This document shows positions 1 through 14,537 of a stretch of 64,000 nt of DNA, in pieces. Each line of letters begins with the position of its first letter. Position 1 is the stretch's first letter. A program made the position numbers and the translations under genes. The notes below the pieces were generated by a model. The model worked only from the letters and a program-made list of their open reading frames with translations. It was not told the origin of the DNA and made no database searches. Origin of the DNA: Camelus dromedarius (taxonomy: Eukaryota); the NCBI RefSeq assembly GCF_036321535.1, contig NC_087437.1, positions 90,026,001-90,090,000 of the forward strand. The letters are read 5' to 3'.

Positions 1-787
1 TCTCTAAGTGCAGACAGGAGACATGGAATAAGACTGAGAAATACAGTCTCAAAGATCATGTATGAAAAATGGATAGTTAAAACATTTTACCAAAGAATAT
101 TTGACAGAAAGGGAGATTAACTCAAAATAGACTAAAAGAAAATGTCATACTGAAAGAGCATAAAATACTACTAGTAGGGAAAAAGTGTAATCCTCCTGAT
201 AATGATTCAGAGCGCAGCTAATGCAAAACATTTTAAAATACTGCCATAAAATCGTAGCATGTGATTTTACAAGTGGTTATGACATTTGTCAAGCCTCCAA
301 AATGCTGCTTCTTTGACATTGTCAATTTGTAGCACACATGACAGAAATTTATATTTTATCACAAAGAATAACCAAAACATGCTCCATCATAAACTATAAA
401 AAGTGAAAGCTACTGCCTTACAGGTATGTATTTTGATATTTTTCCAGGACTGAACTAAAGAGTCTTTTTGGGTGTGTGAGAGCCAAAAACAGAATTTTAA
501 GGAAAACAGTAACATTAATTTTGTGTATAAAATTAAGTTCACTTACTGAGAAAAACACTTGGAATATTTATTGTAACGCAGAGTTTATGGAAGCAGCAGT
601 ACATAGCTATAGATACTATGGAATTTGAGATATATTTAGTTCGTGAAATAACAAACGCTAGTGAAGAGTGTTTGAAAATCCTAGTATTAACAGATCTGTA
701 TCTCAAAAAATAAAACATTCTTGGAAATTATTTTATGAAAAAGAGGCTAAACTCTGCAAAGAGAAGTAGAAAAAATCTGTATGAAAA

Positions 788-960
788 GTGAACTGGGTTT
801 AAATCCTATAAGAAATGCTTACTTATTTTGTGTATCCGACCCTATTTTATGGAGATCCCTTCTCCTTAACTATAAAAATGGGATGGTTATTTATTTTCAC
901 AGAATTTTAAGATGGTAACTTAGTATACATACTGGTATTTTGACACACTGAGCATTCAAA
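788..960 (+). mobile_element. MIR SINE fragment
   Basis: ctgggtttaaatcct ... ctataaaaatggga resemble the MIR core. Confidence 0.45.
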
Positions 961-1119
961 TTTATGCAACTTGATACGGAAACATAGCCATTTCAATAGA
1001 GAATAAAACAAGCATTTTAGAAGTTCTATTATGAGCTAAATAGTCGGGTTGGTGTTCTGGTCTTCAATATAATCTTGTGAGCTTGGAATTTTTAATTTGG
1101 TTTTTCAGGCAACAAAAAT

Positions 1120-1225
1120 CGGTCTAAGATAGACTATGTCATTTGTTCAGAGTCTCACAGAGCTACATTCCTGGATTTTAAACCAGGTCATCAGACTCCA
1201 AAGTCCAGTTTCTTCCTATTATATC
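1120..1225 (-). mobile_element. MIR SINE fragment
   Basis: ggattttaaaccaggtcatcagactccaaagtcc resembles the reverse MIR 5' part. Confidence 0.5.
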
Positions 1226-1308
1226 TCACACAGAATTAAATCTTTGTTTTGTTTTAAATGTACCTCCATAATTCTTAGTCCAAGAAGGCTTGGGATTTGA
1301 GGAGCTAA

Positions 1309-1334
1309 GTGTGTGTGTGCGTGTGTGTGTGTGT
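1309..1334. repeat. (GT)n microsatellite
   Basis: About 13 GT units with one GC interruption. Confidence 0.95.
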
Positions 1335-3227
1335 AGTCTACTCAACTTACTTTAGAGGGCCAAAATGCAGTAACAAGGGCCAGATTTACTCTCCTACTGC
1401 GCCAAACGAAATATATGAAGTAGCAGTTTGCAAAACATTGTTTATCAGACAAGAGATAAAAGAGAGTGAGCCCTGAAGATGGACAAATGAGGTAAGCTGT
1501 TGACATACTCCAGCTCACTGTATCGAGATAATTTCCATTTCGCTGCAGGGACGGGAAACCCAGGAGGAGCCTGGCTGACTCCCAAGGCAGCCATAGTTCT
1601 CAGAAGAGAGTGCTGGGGAGAAGAGATAAGTGAGTTTTTGAACAGAAATGAGAACAACATAGTGTGAGGTTTACAAACTGTAAAAGTAAAATGTGTGGCA
1701 AAAATAACCCTAACCCTAACATGCTCTTTTTTTTTTTTTTAACGACTTGCCATAAATCACTTAAACTCTCTGCCACAATTCCCTCACCTGTCAAATGTGA
1801 ATGAAATTCCAGGACTCACTGAATATGTAAATTAGCTACAGGGTTTTTAATTTTTTGCAGAAGATTGGTTATCTTAAATACTCATTGTGCTTTAAATAAT
1901 TAAGGAGCTTTAAAAGTCCATTTGCTTACCTTTGTTAATCTTTAATTACTTTTCATTTTCAAAATATTCATTTACAGAAAGGAATTACTTTCAGTGAAAA
2001 TTATGAGCTTACAACTGTTAAAACAAACAAATCCTAAAGAGTGCTTTGTTTCAATAAACAAAGATGCAAACATAAAAGAGTGACCTAAATCATCACACTT
2101 AAACGCAAATGGTGTTAATAAGCACATACCCGTAAGTACCTGATAACGCAGAGTGTAAAAAAGTGGATACAGATAGCCAAGATCTAGAAAGCTCTCATAC
2201 ATGGATATGTAGTTTTTGGGAAAAAAGTTAATTCCTCAAAAAGATGCCATTTATTATAGTTGTTTTAGTTAAGTTTTATAGTGGATTTTCCTAAAGTTAA
2301 GAAAAAATATATATATATATACCAGTGATACATCTAAAGTTAAGCAGAGAATACAAACAAGCATGCAGAAACCTGTCCTAAAGTATTCACTTTTCTTCAA
2401 TTTTCTAGATATTTTGAGGAAGAGTGAATATATTGGCTTTTTCTAGACAATTATTTTCATTTTCACAATGCTAATAGAAAACTGATTACATTGGGAAAAG
2501 TACATCACTGAATGAGTTTATGAGTTAACCTGGGAGATTACATGGTATGTCGTGTACCTGTATAGTGACAGTTAATCCTTTTTGAAGATAAGTTACGTTA
2601 CACAGCATTTTTTTTAAGTGGAATAGCAGATATTCCAACTGGAACCTGGAAATGTCCAATCTAACTGAACTATGAGAGCTTAGCATATTAACAAACCACA
2701 CCAAAAACTTTTTTGCAGTGGACAATAATGCTATTCACCTCTCAATCTACAACTACAATGATATGGAAGAAAATGTTATTTTTTAAAAAATCACAAGCTA
2801 GTTGGTATATCTTAAAATTTCTAGTTTAAATGTACTGAAAATCATTCTGATTTTTTTGATGTATTTATTTAAAGGAAATTATTAAGGTAACTAATTTGTA
2901 TTATTTTTCTTATCTGACCTAAGCTACAAATGGCCGATGAGTGTCTAAAAGAAAACGAATCTGTGCAAATATCCAAAAGTCCAACTCTTCACAATCATGA
3001 TGTAAGTAGAAACTGGGATTATTTAATGTACCTAAAATAACTGCAAGAACTTACTGAAACAATGCAAATAAAGTTTCTAAGTCACAGTACATGGGTGCTT
3101 AAAAACATTAATTTCCTTATTTGTTGGCTCTGAAAATTCAAAATTTGCATTATATACACGAAATAAAGTGATTCATGTATTTATATACATTCTTACAAAA
3201 ATATTTTGGTAAATAAATGATCAAGTA

Positions 3228-3575
3228 TGTATATTGGTTTAAGCCACAAGCCTGTGGTCATTTGTTACAATAGTCATAGGAAACTAATACAAATATTGAT
3301 ACCTAAAAGTGAGGTGTGTTGTAACAAATACCTAAAAATCTAGAAGTGACTTTGGAATTTGCTGATGGGTACATGCAGAAAGAACTCTGAAGCATTGAAT
3401 AGGAAAAAAAAAAAAAAAACCTAGACTGTTTAAATTAGAATGTTGGTAGAAACAGGGACGTGAAAGATGTTTTGTTGAGGTCTCAAGATGAAATGAAGAA
3501 CACATTATGGAAAACTGCAGAAAAGTTGATCCTTGTAATAATGTGGCAGAGAACTTCACTGAACTATGTCTTATA
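3228..3575 (+). mobile_element. MaLR (MLT1-type) LTR 3' end plus start of internal region
   Basis: tttaagccac...tttgttaca...ggaaactaataca (LTR end at 3291), followed by gtaacaaatacctaaaaat...gaagtgactttggaa typical of MLT1-int. Confidence 0.8.
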
Positions 3576-6500
3576 GCTATGCATTTATCGTTTAAAATAA
3601 TTAAGAAGACAGTATATTCACTATAATTAAAAGAGTGCTGTCAAATAGAAGCAAAAACAAACACTGTATTCATCATACGCCTACTGCCATCCTTCCCTCC
3701 CCCCAGGACAACTAACCTGATTCAGTGGTTGAATCAGACCTTGCATTAGAAATAGTATGTGGCTCAGTGAGTAATGGATGGTGTTTTTAAGTGAGAAATG
3801 GTATTTGGCTCTATGACATTAGTCTTCACATTGTTTGAAAATGGGGTGCATGTTATATATACATTGCTTTGTAAATAATTTCTTTTTTATTATTCTAGTT
3901 GTCATTAAATAGTTTTACTAAGTGAAAAGTGTCTGGAAAGCATCCTTGATACTATCTGTAGAACTGTGCAGTTAAAAGAGCCAACTAAAAGTCAAAAAGC
4001 CTGAAATTTAGACTCAAGGATAACTATTATTTTCTGTTGTCATTATATTAAAATCATGACAGTGATATTAACAGCCCAAAATTCCTGATGTAAAATGACT
4101 GCATAATTTAGTCTGGAACACAGAGAGTATGTTTTCAGTTGAAAATGAACATATGGATTCAAGCAGATTCCCACTGATAATGGCACTTGGCTTATTTATG
4201 CCAGAGTTTTGGCATATGGCAAAATGATTTATACCAGAATTTGTTTGTTTGTTTGTTTGTTCAATGGAGAAGCATATAAGTTGAGAAACAATGTTATTTT
4301 TACAGTTTCAGTAGATGAATCCCAGAATGTATTCAAAATAATTTCTTAATATTCAATAGTCAGTGTCCTAAAATTTAAACAGTAGATATATTTGAAATAG
4401 CTCCAAAGCTCTAAGTATTAAATTTAACTGCAAGTAGCAGTAGCATCAAGAATATTATGAGCTTTTCTAAATTGTTTTAGGTAGAAATAAGGGAAAATGG
4501 AAATTCAAATGTGAATATTATTTTTTTAAAACCCTTAACATAATAATATCAACATTTTTTGAGCTAAGAGACTAGGTATTTGTATATCCATGCTTATGAT
4601 ACTATAGGAGAATTAAAAGAGCCTTCTTTTGAACTTACAATAACCAGAGTGGTCTAGTTGTTTACACAGTAGTATATTTTTGGAGAATTATGCATGAGTA
4701 ATAATGACAAAACCGTCAAAGGAATAACGGAAAATAAGTGTTATCCAATGCAAGTTAGAAAAAAATGAAGGAAGAAGAATAGGTCTAAGTTATATACTGC
4801 AAATGGTGCTAAACAAATAATTTTCACTTAATTCACCTATGCATTTATTCACTTCCTAATGTCAAACACTAAACTACTAATAGAAGTAGTTCAAAGTTAC
4901 AATTTTGGAAGTATGACAGTTAAAACAAAGTATTTTTTACATTTAGAGGTTACTGTCCAATTGGACCATGTTTCTTATATTTCCTTTTATAAATAAAATA
5001 CTTCATATATTTATGTTTTGTTCTACAATTAGATAATGAAAATGACTTTTTTGAGAACAGATTTCATGCTGTCTTCTTTATACATTTCAAGAACCTGGCA
5101 TAGGTTCTGAAAGAGAAAAAATGGTTGCACACTGAATATTTACTGCTTATTAAGGAAACTAATATGTGATACTAATGGTTATATTTCCAGAATCTTTGGT
5201 AATCTAAAAGACTATGACAATGAACAATTGTTGTTAAATGAAGTCATTCTTTTTTAATCTTTCTATACATCTATGTATGTAGGTAGGTAAGTAAGTACCT
5301 ATCTACCAATCTACTAACCTACCTTTCCTTGCCTCTTTTAAGAAGCAGTTTAAAATAAATAATTTGTAATAAATAATTCATTAAATTCCATTATGGTTAT
5401 ACTGTGTGAAATCTGGCATGTGGTCAATATAGAGTTTTTCCCTGTAAAGCAATAGGTCAACAACAACAACAAAAGTATTCACAGGAACCTAAAATGTAAC
5501 AACCATTATGGCAGGTAAAGGGGCATCACAAATGGGAATGGGACACAGCATCTCCACTCAGGCAGCATCCAACAGGATAGGCTAAATTTGGCCATCAGTT
5601 GCTTATTCAAATAAGAGCTTCAACCATTTGAGGACTGTGGCAATGATAACAGGATGATCATGGATATTATTAACATTTTTATGAATGCATATCCACTGCC
5701 CATGTGAAATTTTAAAACACTTGCTCATTTTATTAGAATTATATTTGATTTCCTTTCCATAATAAGGATGAAGGTTTATGTCATTTAAAAATTTAACTTT
5801 CCACCATTTGCTAATTATAAGAATACAAAGGCTAAATTGCCTTATTTTATTTTTAGAATAAGGAGATACGCATTGTCATTGTCTCATAACTGAGCAGGGA
5901 TGAGAGTACATTTTAAGAACAATGCATTTAACTTTAAGGATGGGATGACATATTCAACCTATCCCAAAGAAACACTTAGGTAGAAAAAGAAAATCCAAAA
6001 GGTAATGTTAGCTTTGTTATCTGATCTCACCTGTTATTTCTCCTAAATTATGACCTAGAAAAGGCTGGTTAGCTTAATTGTTTAGAGTACCATTCTAAAT
6101 AGACTAAAGTCATGGCTTTGATTTCCAGGTCAGTCTCTTAATAGATTTTTATCTATAGATCACAAAAGGCCGAGTTAATAAGAAGCTAGTTGAGATGGTG
6201 CAAAAGCTTTTATTATCAAGTAAATACCACGAAGTGTATATTCTACTATTACAGTATCATTAGTTTTGCTTCCATGTGCAAAAGGACAGCACATCTCTGA
6301 ATGATCTCCATAGAAAAGGATATACTTCTCTTTCAGTGAATGTGATTAATGGGATAATGTAATAATGATGCACTGTACCATATTAAATTAATCATGTCTA
6401 TGTTGCATGAAACCCCCTAGAATTTAGTGGAAAAGTAAAATCTTTGCTTACCAAAATAGAAAAGGATAAGATGGTGAAGAAAGAAAAGTTAATTTCAAGC

Positions 6501-7932
6501 TTCAAAGAAGATAATACAGGTAATGGAGGTTAAAATAAAACTGAGACTATAAAAGAAATTAAGAATGTCCCTTTAAGGAGCAATGCATGAGAGACTGTGA
6601 TAGCCCCAAATTGTTCATATTTGCATATAAAAGGTCACAAGATATCACTGGACTGTTAACACTGAGCAAGAGACTTCCTCAGAAAAGGGGAATCGGACTC
6701 ATATTCCATTACAAGTTATCAGATCTCCTTAGAATTATAATACATATAATCACTATTATGGTATTATATAATTTTCCAAGTTTTCCTAGGACAAACACAC
6801 TTTCACTTAAGCTTATAGATTGTTTTTTCCTGCCTAGAAAACCCCTGATCAGACCTCTCTAATCCTCAGCATGATCACTCTCATATTTATCCTAAATCCC
6901 TGTGTGTCCTCATATAAACTATGAAATAGTGTAATTCAGTTACAATTACATTGGTTTTTATTGTGTTGCAGCATATTACAAGACCTGCATAGAGAATCCA
7001 AAAAACAGTAGTGTCTGTCTCTTGATATTTTTCTCATTACAACTCTGTATAATGTGACAGGTTTGAAATACAACGAGAAACACAGAAAGGAACATTCTGA
7101 TAACATACGTTATTGTGTTTCATTAACTCTCCAAGAGTATTAAAAGAGTGAATCACTAATTGAAAAAATGACTCTAGATGCCCTGAAACATAAAAGAACT
7201 CTACGCCAGTTTATGGAGTAAGTGATTCAAAGTGTTTGCCCATTGTTGTCCTTATTAAAGTTAATGATGTTTGACCCCATCTACAGACATTCGCTTGACC
7301 AAAGACACATACAATTGTTAATTATAATAACTGTGCATAAATAGCAATAGTATTCTTCTGTTGAGGTTACATGTCATAAGAATAAATCAAATTGCATGTT
7401 GAATTTCAAGGAAGAGCATCTGCTTGGAGTACATCAAACAACAACAGATGTTGCTAAATCAAATAGCTATCAATCTTAGACTCATAATGTCATTGTTGGG
7501 TGTTCACATTCAAAGTATAGCCTCCAATGGACAAAGAACATATATCATATAGTCTGAAATACTAACATTAAGTAAAGTATCAATTAGATGGAATCCAACT
7601 AACAATGCCAAAAAGTTTGTTCTGCTTTTTATTTCAGAGAAAATGTCAAATAAAATGAGCTAAGTATGAGACGGCTAAGAATTTTTTTTTTTTTTTGCTT
7701 GTACTTACATTTTTTTATTTGTTTGGGTAAAAGCACCGATACATGTATCTTTCGTCTCACAATGTTCTATTAGGCCATTTACTGCAATGGACCCTGATAC
7801 ATAGCGTAATTCAGTTACCAGAGAAAGACTAAAGTATATTTCTAATTCTATGGTAGACAACTATGCTAATTTAATAAATATTTTTCATCAATCAAATTTT
7901 AAAATGTTTTCTGTTTAAGATTCATTTAATCA

Positions 7933-9612
7933 GGTCACACTGCCCAAGGCAATCTACAGATTTAATGCAATCCCTATCAAATTACCCAGGACATATTTCA
8001 CAGAACTAGAACAAATTATAATACAATTTATATGGAACCATCAAAGACCTAGAATTGCCAAAGCATTACTGAAGAGAAAGAAAGAGGCTGGAGGAATAAC
8101 TCTCCCAGACCTCAGACAATACTATAGAGCTATAGTCATCAAGACAGCATGGTATTGGTACCAAAACAGACATATAGACCAAAGGAACAGAATAGAGAGC
8201 CCAGAAATGAACCCACAAACTTTTGGTCAACTCATCTTCGACAAAGGAGGCAAGAATTTACAATGGAATAAAGACAGTCTCTTCAGCAAATGGTGTTGGG
8301 AAAACTGGACAGCAGCATGTAAAACAATGAAGCTAGAACACTCCCTTACACCATATACAAAAATCAACTCAAAATGGATTAAAGACTTAAACATAAGACA
8401 AGATACAATAAACCTCCTAGAGGAAAACATAGGCAAAACATTATCTGACATACATTTCAAAAATTTTCTCCTAGAAGAAATAAAAGCAGAATAAACAAAT
8501 GGGACCTAATGAAACTTACAAGCTTCTGCACAGCAAAGGAAACCAGAAGTAAAACAAGAAGAAAACCTACGGAATGGGAGAAAATTTTTGCAAGTGAAAC
8601 CGACAAAGGCTTAATCTCCAGAATATATAAGCAGCTCATATGACTCAATAAGAAAAAAATAAACAACCCAATCCAAAAATGGGCAGAAGTCCTAAACAAG
8701 CAATTCTCCAAGGAAGACATACAAATGATCAAAAAGCACATGAAAAAATGCTCAATATCACTAATTATCAGAGAAATGCAAATCAAAACTACAATGAGGT
8801 ATCACCTCACACCAGTCAGAATGGCCGTCATTCAAAAATCCACAAATGACAAATGCTGGAGAGGCTGTTGGGAAAGGGGAACCCTCCTACACTGCTGGTG
8901 GGAATGCAGTTTGGTGCAGCCACTATGGAAAACAGTGTGGAGATTCCTCAAAAGACTAGGAATAGACTTACCATATGACCCAGGAATCCCACTCCTGGGC
9001 TTATATCCAGAAGGAAATCTACTTCAGGATGACACCTGCACCCCAATGTTCATAGCAGCACTATTTACAATAGGCAAAACACGGAAACAGCCTAAATGTC
9101 CATCAACAGGTGACTGGATAAAGAAGAGGTGGTATATTTATACAATGGAATACTACTCAGCCGTAAAAACCGACAACATAATGCCATTTGCAGCAACATG
9201 GATGCTCCTGGAGAATATCATTCTAAGTGAAGTAAGCCAGAAAGAGAAAGAAAAATACCATATGAGATCGCTCATATGTGGAATCTAAAAAACAAAAACA
9301 AAAACAAACAAACAAAAACAAAGCGTAAATACAGGACAGAAATAGACTCACAGACAGAGAATACAGACTTGTGGTTACCAGGGGGGTGGAGGGTGGGAAG
9401 GAAAGACTGGGATTTCAAAATTGTAGAATAGATAAACAAGATTACACTGTATAGCACAGGGAAATATACACAAAATGTTATGATAACTCACAGAGAAAAA
9501 AATGTGACAATGAGTGTGTATATGTCCATGAATGACTGAAAAATTGTGCTGAACACTGGAATTTGACACAACATTGTAAAATGATTATAAATCAATAAAA
9601 AATGTAAAAAAA
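7933..9612 (+). mobile_element. Young 5'-truncated LINE-1 (ORF2 C-terminal part, 3' UTR, short poly-A), camelid-type
   Basis: ORF2 peptides ([29 protein letters not shown], stop at 9288). Frameshift near 8470-8490, TGA at 8641, AATAAA 9594-9599. TSD attcatttaatca at 7920-7932 and 9613-9625. Confidence 0.97.
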
Positions 9613-12059
9613 ATTCATTTAATCAAAAACATAATAATCTTCACTTAAATTTCAGGTTTTTGAATATGGAAGAGTAAGTCAAAATATTTTGTTTTGAGGT
9701 CACAGGGTAGTTTTGATTATAAATTTCTATAAAATTATCTCTATTTCATTATCATTATAAAATGTGGTCACACTGACAAAAATTTTGAACTTTTTCTCCC
9801 TAACAGATACATTTTGACAGAATGAAAATAACTTTTAGAATTAAAATAAATGGTTTCAAATATAACTACAATACTCATTTCAACATATATTACTAAATCT
9901 TTCCAGAGAAATACTCAGCTACGAAGCATTTAGGAAGTTGCCCATACTTTCTTATATCATAGACGTTTATCAATGCTAACAAAAAGAGGTCTCAATTAAA
10001 TTCACTAAATATTAGTTACTAATTAAAACCAAAAAGCACTTACTTTAACAGAGTCCCAATGACTCACATTAAAGAAAAGGTAAAAAGAGAGTAAAACAAC
10101 AGTCAAATAAGCCTTCTCTCTTCTCAGTCCCCTGTTATAAAGGATCCTTTGTATCATATTGACATTGATATAATATCTCTATTTAAAATCAGCATCAAAT
10201 AATTACATTCAGAAAATTAAACCATACCTTCAGCAGGACTATTTAAAAATGCAAGTAAAATTTAGCCTCTCTACTTACTAAAGACTAGGTTCACATGTTT
10301 GTTTGGAGGAAGAACACCCTTGCTGTACCAATTAGAACATTATTTACCTTCAAACCACTATAATGAATGATGATGGCTCTTCTACTAATTAAAAGCACTT
10401 TCTCCTTTTCTGAGATAATGAGTGAGTCTCCACCTCCCCTTCCAGTGTTACCAGGCTCAAAAGTAATAAATTCTAAAGCCATGTAGGTCCCTGGATCATC
10501 AATGTGTTGTCTTTGTCCTAAAAGGAACTAAATATAGTTATGTGTCCCTAAAAATGCCTGCATATACTGTACAGGATATGATCCTACAAAATTGAATTCT
10601 TCGGGCCTTCAGTGCAAAAAGTCAAAGTAGCAAGCTAAACCCAAAGGAATTATAAGCACTCTACTGTATTTTGAAATAAAAAATTTTGGATATGGAACAA
10701 ATATTTCCTACAATATATTAATTAAATGTTAAGGGCATTTCTTATGTCTTAAAGTAGTTAATACATATTTCTAATACTCAATATGACACACAATTTCAAA
10801 TACTTCAAGTTTACAGTACTAACATCAGAATAAAACAGAAAAACCCAACATATAGATTTTCTACCAGTATTTTCAGTCTTTAGTTTCAAAAAGAAACATG
10901 TCTTTAACCATTTTTCCTAAAACATCATATATATTTACATGCTGATTAGTGTTACGAAATATAATTTTATCATTTTTACCTTGATGCAGTCTGATTATAC
11001 CAGGAATGATTTATGTGCTTACCTAAAACAGAAAGAAACAAAAACATGCTATTAATTTCAAAAGAATATTTCTCTGAAGTTTGCAGTGGACAAAATAAGA
11101 CATAGCGAATAAACAATCACAACCCTCATTCCAATTCCAAGTTTTCCTTTGCACCCCAGAGATCTTTATGGTTGTGACAAAATCAAATGGAATAATTTGT
11201 TTCCAAAGCCACATAGCCAAAAGAGCCTCTACAGATGACTTGGCATCAAGTACATTTTTATTGAGTTGAAGACTTGTATTTTTGTCATTTCTTTTCTGCC
11301 ATCAGCATACAATGATTCAAATAAAAAATAACAACAAAAGTTTTGTGGAATTGTATTACTTCCCCAAAGATCTTAGAAACATCCTTACAATTAGTGCTCT
11401 GTTCATGGTTCTAGTACAGTATCAATCATACTATCCCGCCTGGGAATTTTTAGAATGCAGGAGTGTTTAACATCAGGTTTAGTAATAATGAAGTAGAAAT
11501 AATAAAGTGTCTAAAGAGTTATGCTATGTCTATGAATTACACATCATATTACATGTTACATGGCATGTACATTTTAAATGTCATATGCCTATGAATTAAA
11601 AGCAAATTATAGGCCTACAGTAAGACTAGAAGTGTCATATTTTTTCTACTTCATATTAGCAAACCTAGAGGTGAAGCTAAATAAACTGCTGGGATCTTCC
11701 AAAATAAGAGTATTCATGATTGGTAAAAGTTTACATTTTTCTATTTTGAAAAAGGAGCCCAAATTCGTAGGGCACCGAAGTCCCTTCTTATAGGGGAGAC
11801 CTGGTTTGAGCAGAAGTCCTTTACATCACCTGAACTATGAGGTTCAGCATTCCAAATGTTTCATGTGTGAAGTATCAATATCTTATTAGGGGTCATAAAT
11901 GAAAAAAGATATATTTAAAACTCAAATATAATTAAATTTGTGAAATGATTAGTTGCTTCCTCTCATATGTTCCTTAGGAATCTGTGTTTTATATTCCTTA
12001 TTTCAGACCACAGTTTATCAGCTCTCTTTGGATTCTTTATTTTTGTAGCCATTTTTTTT

Positions 12060-12178
12060 TGAGTGCCATGAGATGATAAATCCTATTTTACTTTTTGACT
12101 CTAACATCTAGCACAGTGTTAGACGTTTAGCAGAAACTCAAAATGTATTTTGTAGAATGAATAAATAGATGGATGAAA
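12060..12178 (+). mobile_element. L2 LINE 3' end
   Basis: tctagcacagtg...ctcaaaatgtattttgtagaatgaataaat matches the L2 tail. Confidence 0.65.
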
Positions 12179-13739
12179 GAATATTTGAACTATCACACAG
12201 AAAAACTAAAAATTGGTAGTTAAGCTATTGCCCAATAAAATCCAGGAGAACTGAATAGAGAACTGAGTAATAAACACACAACGTATTCTTTGTTTATTTG
12301 GTTATTTAGCTTTCACTTTGTTAAGCCCAAAGAACAAAATTTCATTAAACTTTTTAAAATTAAACTGGAAATAAAGCAATAGAGTTTTGTCGTTCAATAA
12401 ACTGGAATGCCACATCAATAGGACATTAGGGAGTAATTTGGGGACAATTTTAGGCATGGAAAACAATAATCCCAGGTTGCTATTTACAAATAAAAATGTA
12501 ATTCATTTCATATAATATCTGTATGGAGAGGCAGAATTTCTAATTGGAGTATACTGACTTTCTAATTAACGTAGTCAAGGCAGATTTGAACATTTTAGGT
12601 AAACCGCAGTTTCCTTGGGTGATATTTCTTCTATATTTAATATGTTGAAAGGACAGGTAGCTTCCTTTGTTTTCTTTTATTTATCTCAAAGGGACTTGTG
12701 AAGAATTCTACAACAAACAAACAAACAAACAAAAACCCTATATACAGACACACATAGGTTTTTATCAAAAGAGATTCATGACAGGTAACAATTTTTGATC
12801 AAGGCTTCGACCAATTACTGTTCCTTCTTTTTTCTTCCTCATAGAGTCAGTTACACGTATAAGTATTTATTATCTTTCTTGGCTACATTATATATATTTG
12901 TGATAATCTGGGCAGTGAGCCCAGATTGCTTTATTTTTTGTTTATTATCTGTAGACTGTCCTAGATTCTTTTGAAAAGGCTTATTCCAAATTATTATTAC
13001 CATAATTATAGGAAGACTGGTATTCTGTGAGATTATAATATAATTCACTCATTATTTCATAATGAGCTAAAGACTATACTTTTTTATTAGTGATACATGA
13101 CATGGATAGAGCATTTTAATTTTAATATTTCTGATATGTCTAGACTGTTCAGAACACAATATAATTTCAACTGTGTCAGGCTATTGTTCAAAATCAGAAA
13201 CCTATCTCTAGACTGGTTTTATTTCATTTTTAATGTAATTATTTATAATTGTCACATGTTCCATAATGTTCCTCTTGAAAATATGAGATTGCAAATAAAC
13301 TATAACTTTTAAAGCAGTAGACTATCTCTACCTTCATAGATGAAAGCCACAAATAAATTCTTTTAAATTACAGACATGGGGGTATAATATTTGAAAACTG
13401 AAAACAATTAATGTAACTTGAACCCTTTAATCATGTCATCTAATTGTGTCTGTATTTATTTTTTAAATACAGTCACTGGGGAAAGCTAAATAGTATATCA
13501 ATTTCCTAACCACACCACAGTGGCCTTCTAGGATATGGACTGCAATGTTGTTTAGACCATGACAGTGACAATGATATCGTCAAGCATGTTTCCAACATAC
13601 TCTGCTGTCTGACTCTTACGGAAACCTTGTGCCAGTAGTTCATGGTGATTACTACTTTCTCTTATTAGGGTTTATTTATATAACACATCCCCCCCCCCCC
13701 CCGCCGCCCAGTTCCTGGTTGTTTGGATAGATACATGAA

Positions 13740-13868
13740 CATAAGACTGGAAGGAACTTAGACATGGTCTACATATTAAATGTGAAAAACAGTAATGTCC
13801 AGAGAGGTTGAGTGATGTGTCCAGGATCCTACAGATCTTGATTTCTAGCCTAATGGTCTTTTCACTTC
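13740..13868 (-). mobile_element. MIR-family SINE fragment
   Basis: ctggaaggaacttaga...ccagagaggttgagtgatgtgtccagg. Confidence 0.55.
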
Positions 13869-14537
13869 ATTTCAGACATTATTGTCCCTTTTTCTCTTCA
13901 AAATAAATACATTCTTTATAGAAACATCAATCCAAATACGATTTAATATATTCATAGCATACTTGTGACATATATAATTTGGCTTCATCTGGACAGTGAC
14001 CTCTAGCCACTCGTTCTGGGAAACGTGTGCACGCACAGCTTAACACACAGACACAGAGTACGCTGACAGGATTTCAGAATCAGGTTTTTTATTCCTAATT
14101 CACTCTTCTCAGCAGCTCTATTACTGATTTGCTCTCAAGTATTAACATCTCACAAGTTCCCAACTGCTGGACTTAAGCCTCCCCTTATTAAGTTCAAAAG
14201 AAGACCACACTATTTTTCATGTTGCAGTTTCATAACTCCCATTGAACTTGTAGTCCCAAATAGAGAGGTACCAGTCTCCCTGCCTCAGTCAGTCCCCATC
14301 ATCCTAATCTTCCTTTTGAATTTTCATTCCAGACAACTTTCTTTTCACTCTGAATTCTTTACTGTCACCCCATCTTAGGTTCTAGAACCCTCCCAAGTAA
14401 CTGTAAGCTGAAAACTGATGTGTCTTTTTAAAGCATGTTTTTAAAGACTGTTTTTGAAAAAATATTTAACAATTTAATGCACAGCTCAACTGGCTTTCTC
14501 TTTATAGAATACACATTATTTACAACATAGTATTAAT

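Larger units (their letters stand above)
1..7600 (+). pseudogene. Possible decayed multi-exon gene of unknown family
   Basis: Exon ending 423 (CAG|gtatgt), exon 1978-2131 (tttacag| to |gtaagt) and exon 2924-3001 (LQMADECLKENESVQISKSPTLHNHD, |gtaagt) join in compatible phases (2/2, 0/0). In-frame TGAs at 314, 404 and 2081. Further coding-like stretches near 5.5-6.0, 6.3-6.7 and 7.0-7.6 kb. No recognisable domain. Confidence 0.35.

Noticed and set aside
8207..9288. ORFs of 95 and 187 aa, and antisense ORFs at 8227-8786 and 9272-9569
   Set aside because: Fragments of L1 ORF2 or its antisense strand, not host genes.
13689..13709. Poly-C tract (G-run on the minus strand)
   Set aside because: Isolated homopolymer without supporting context.
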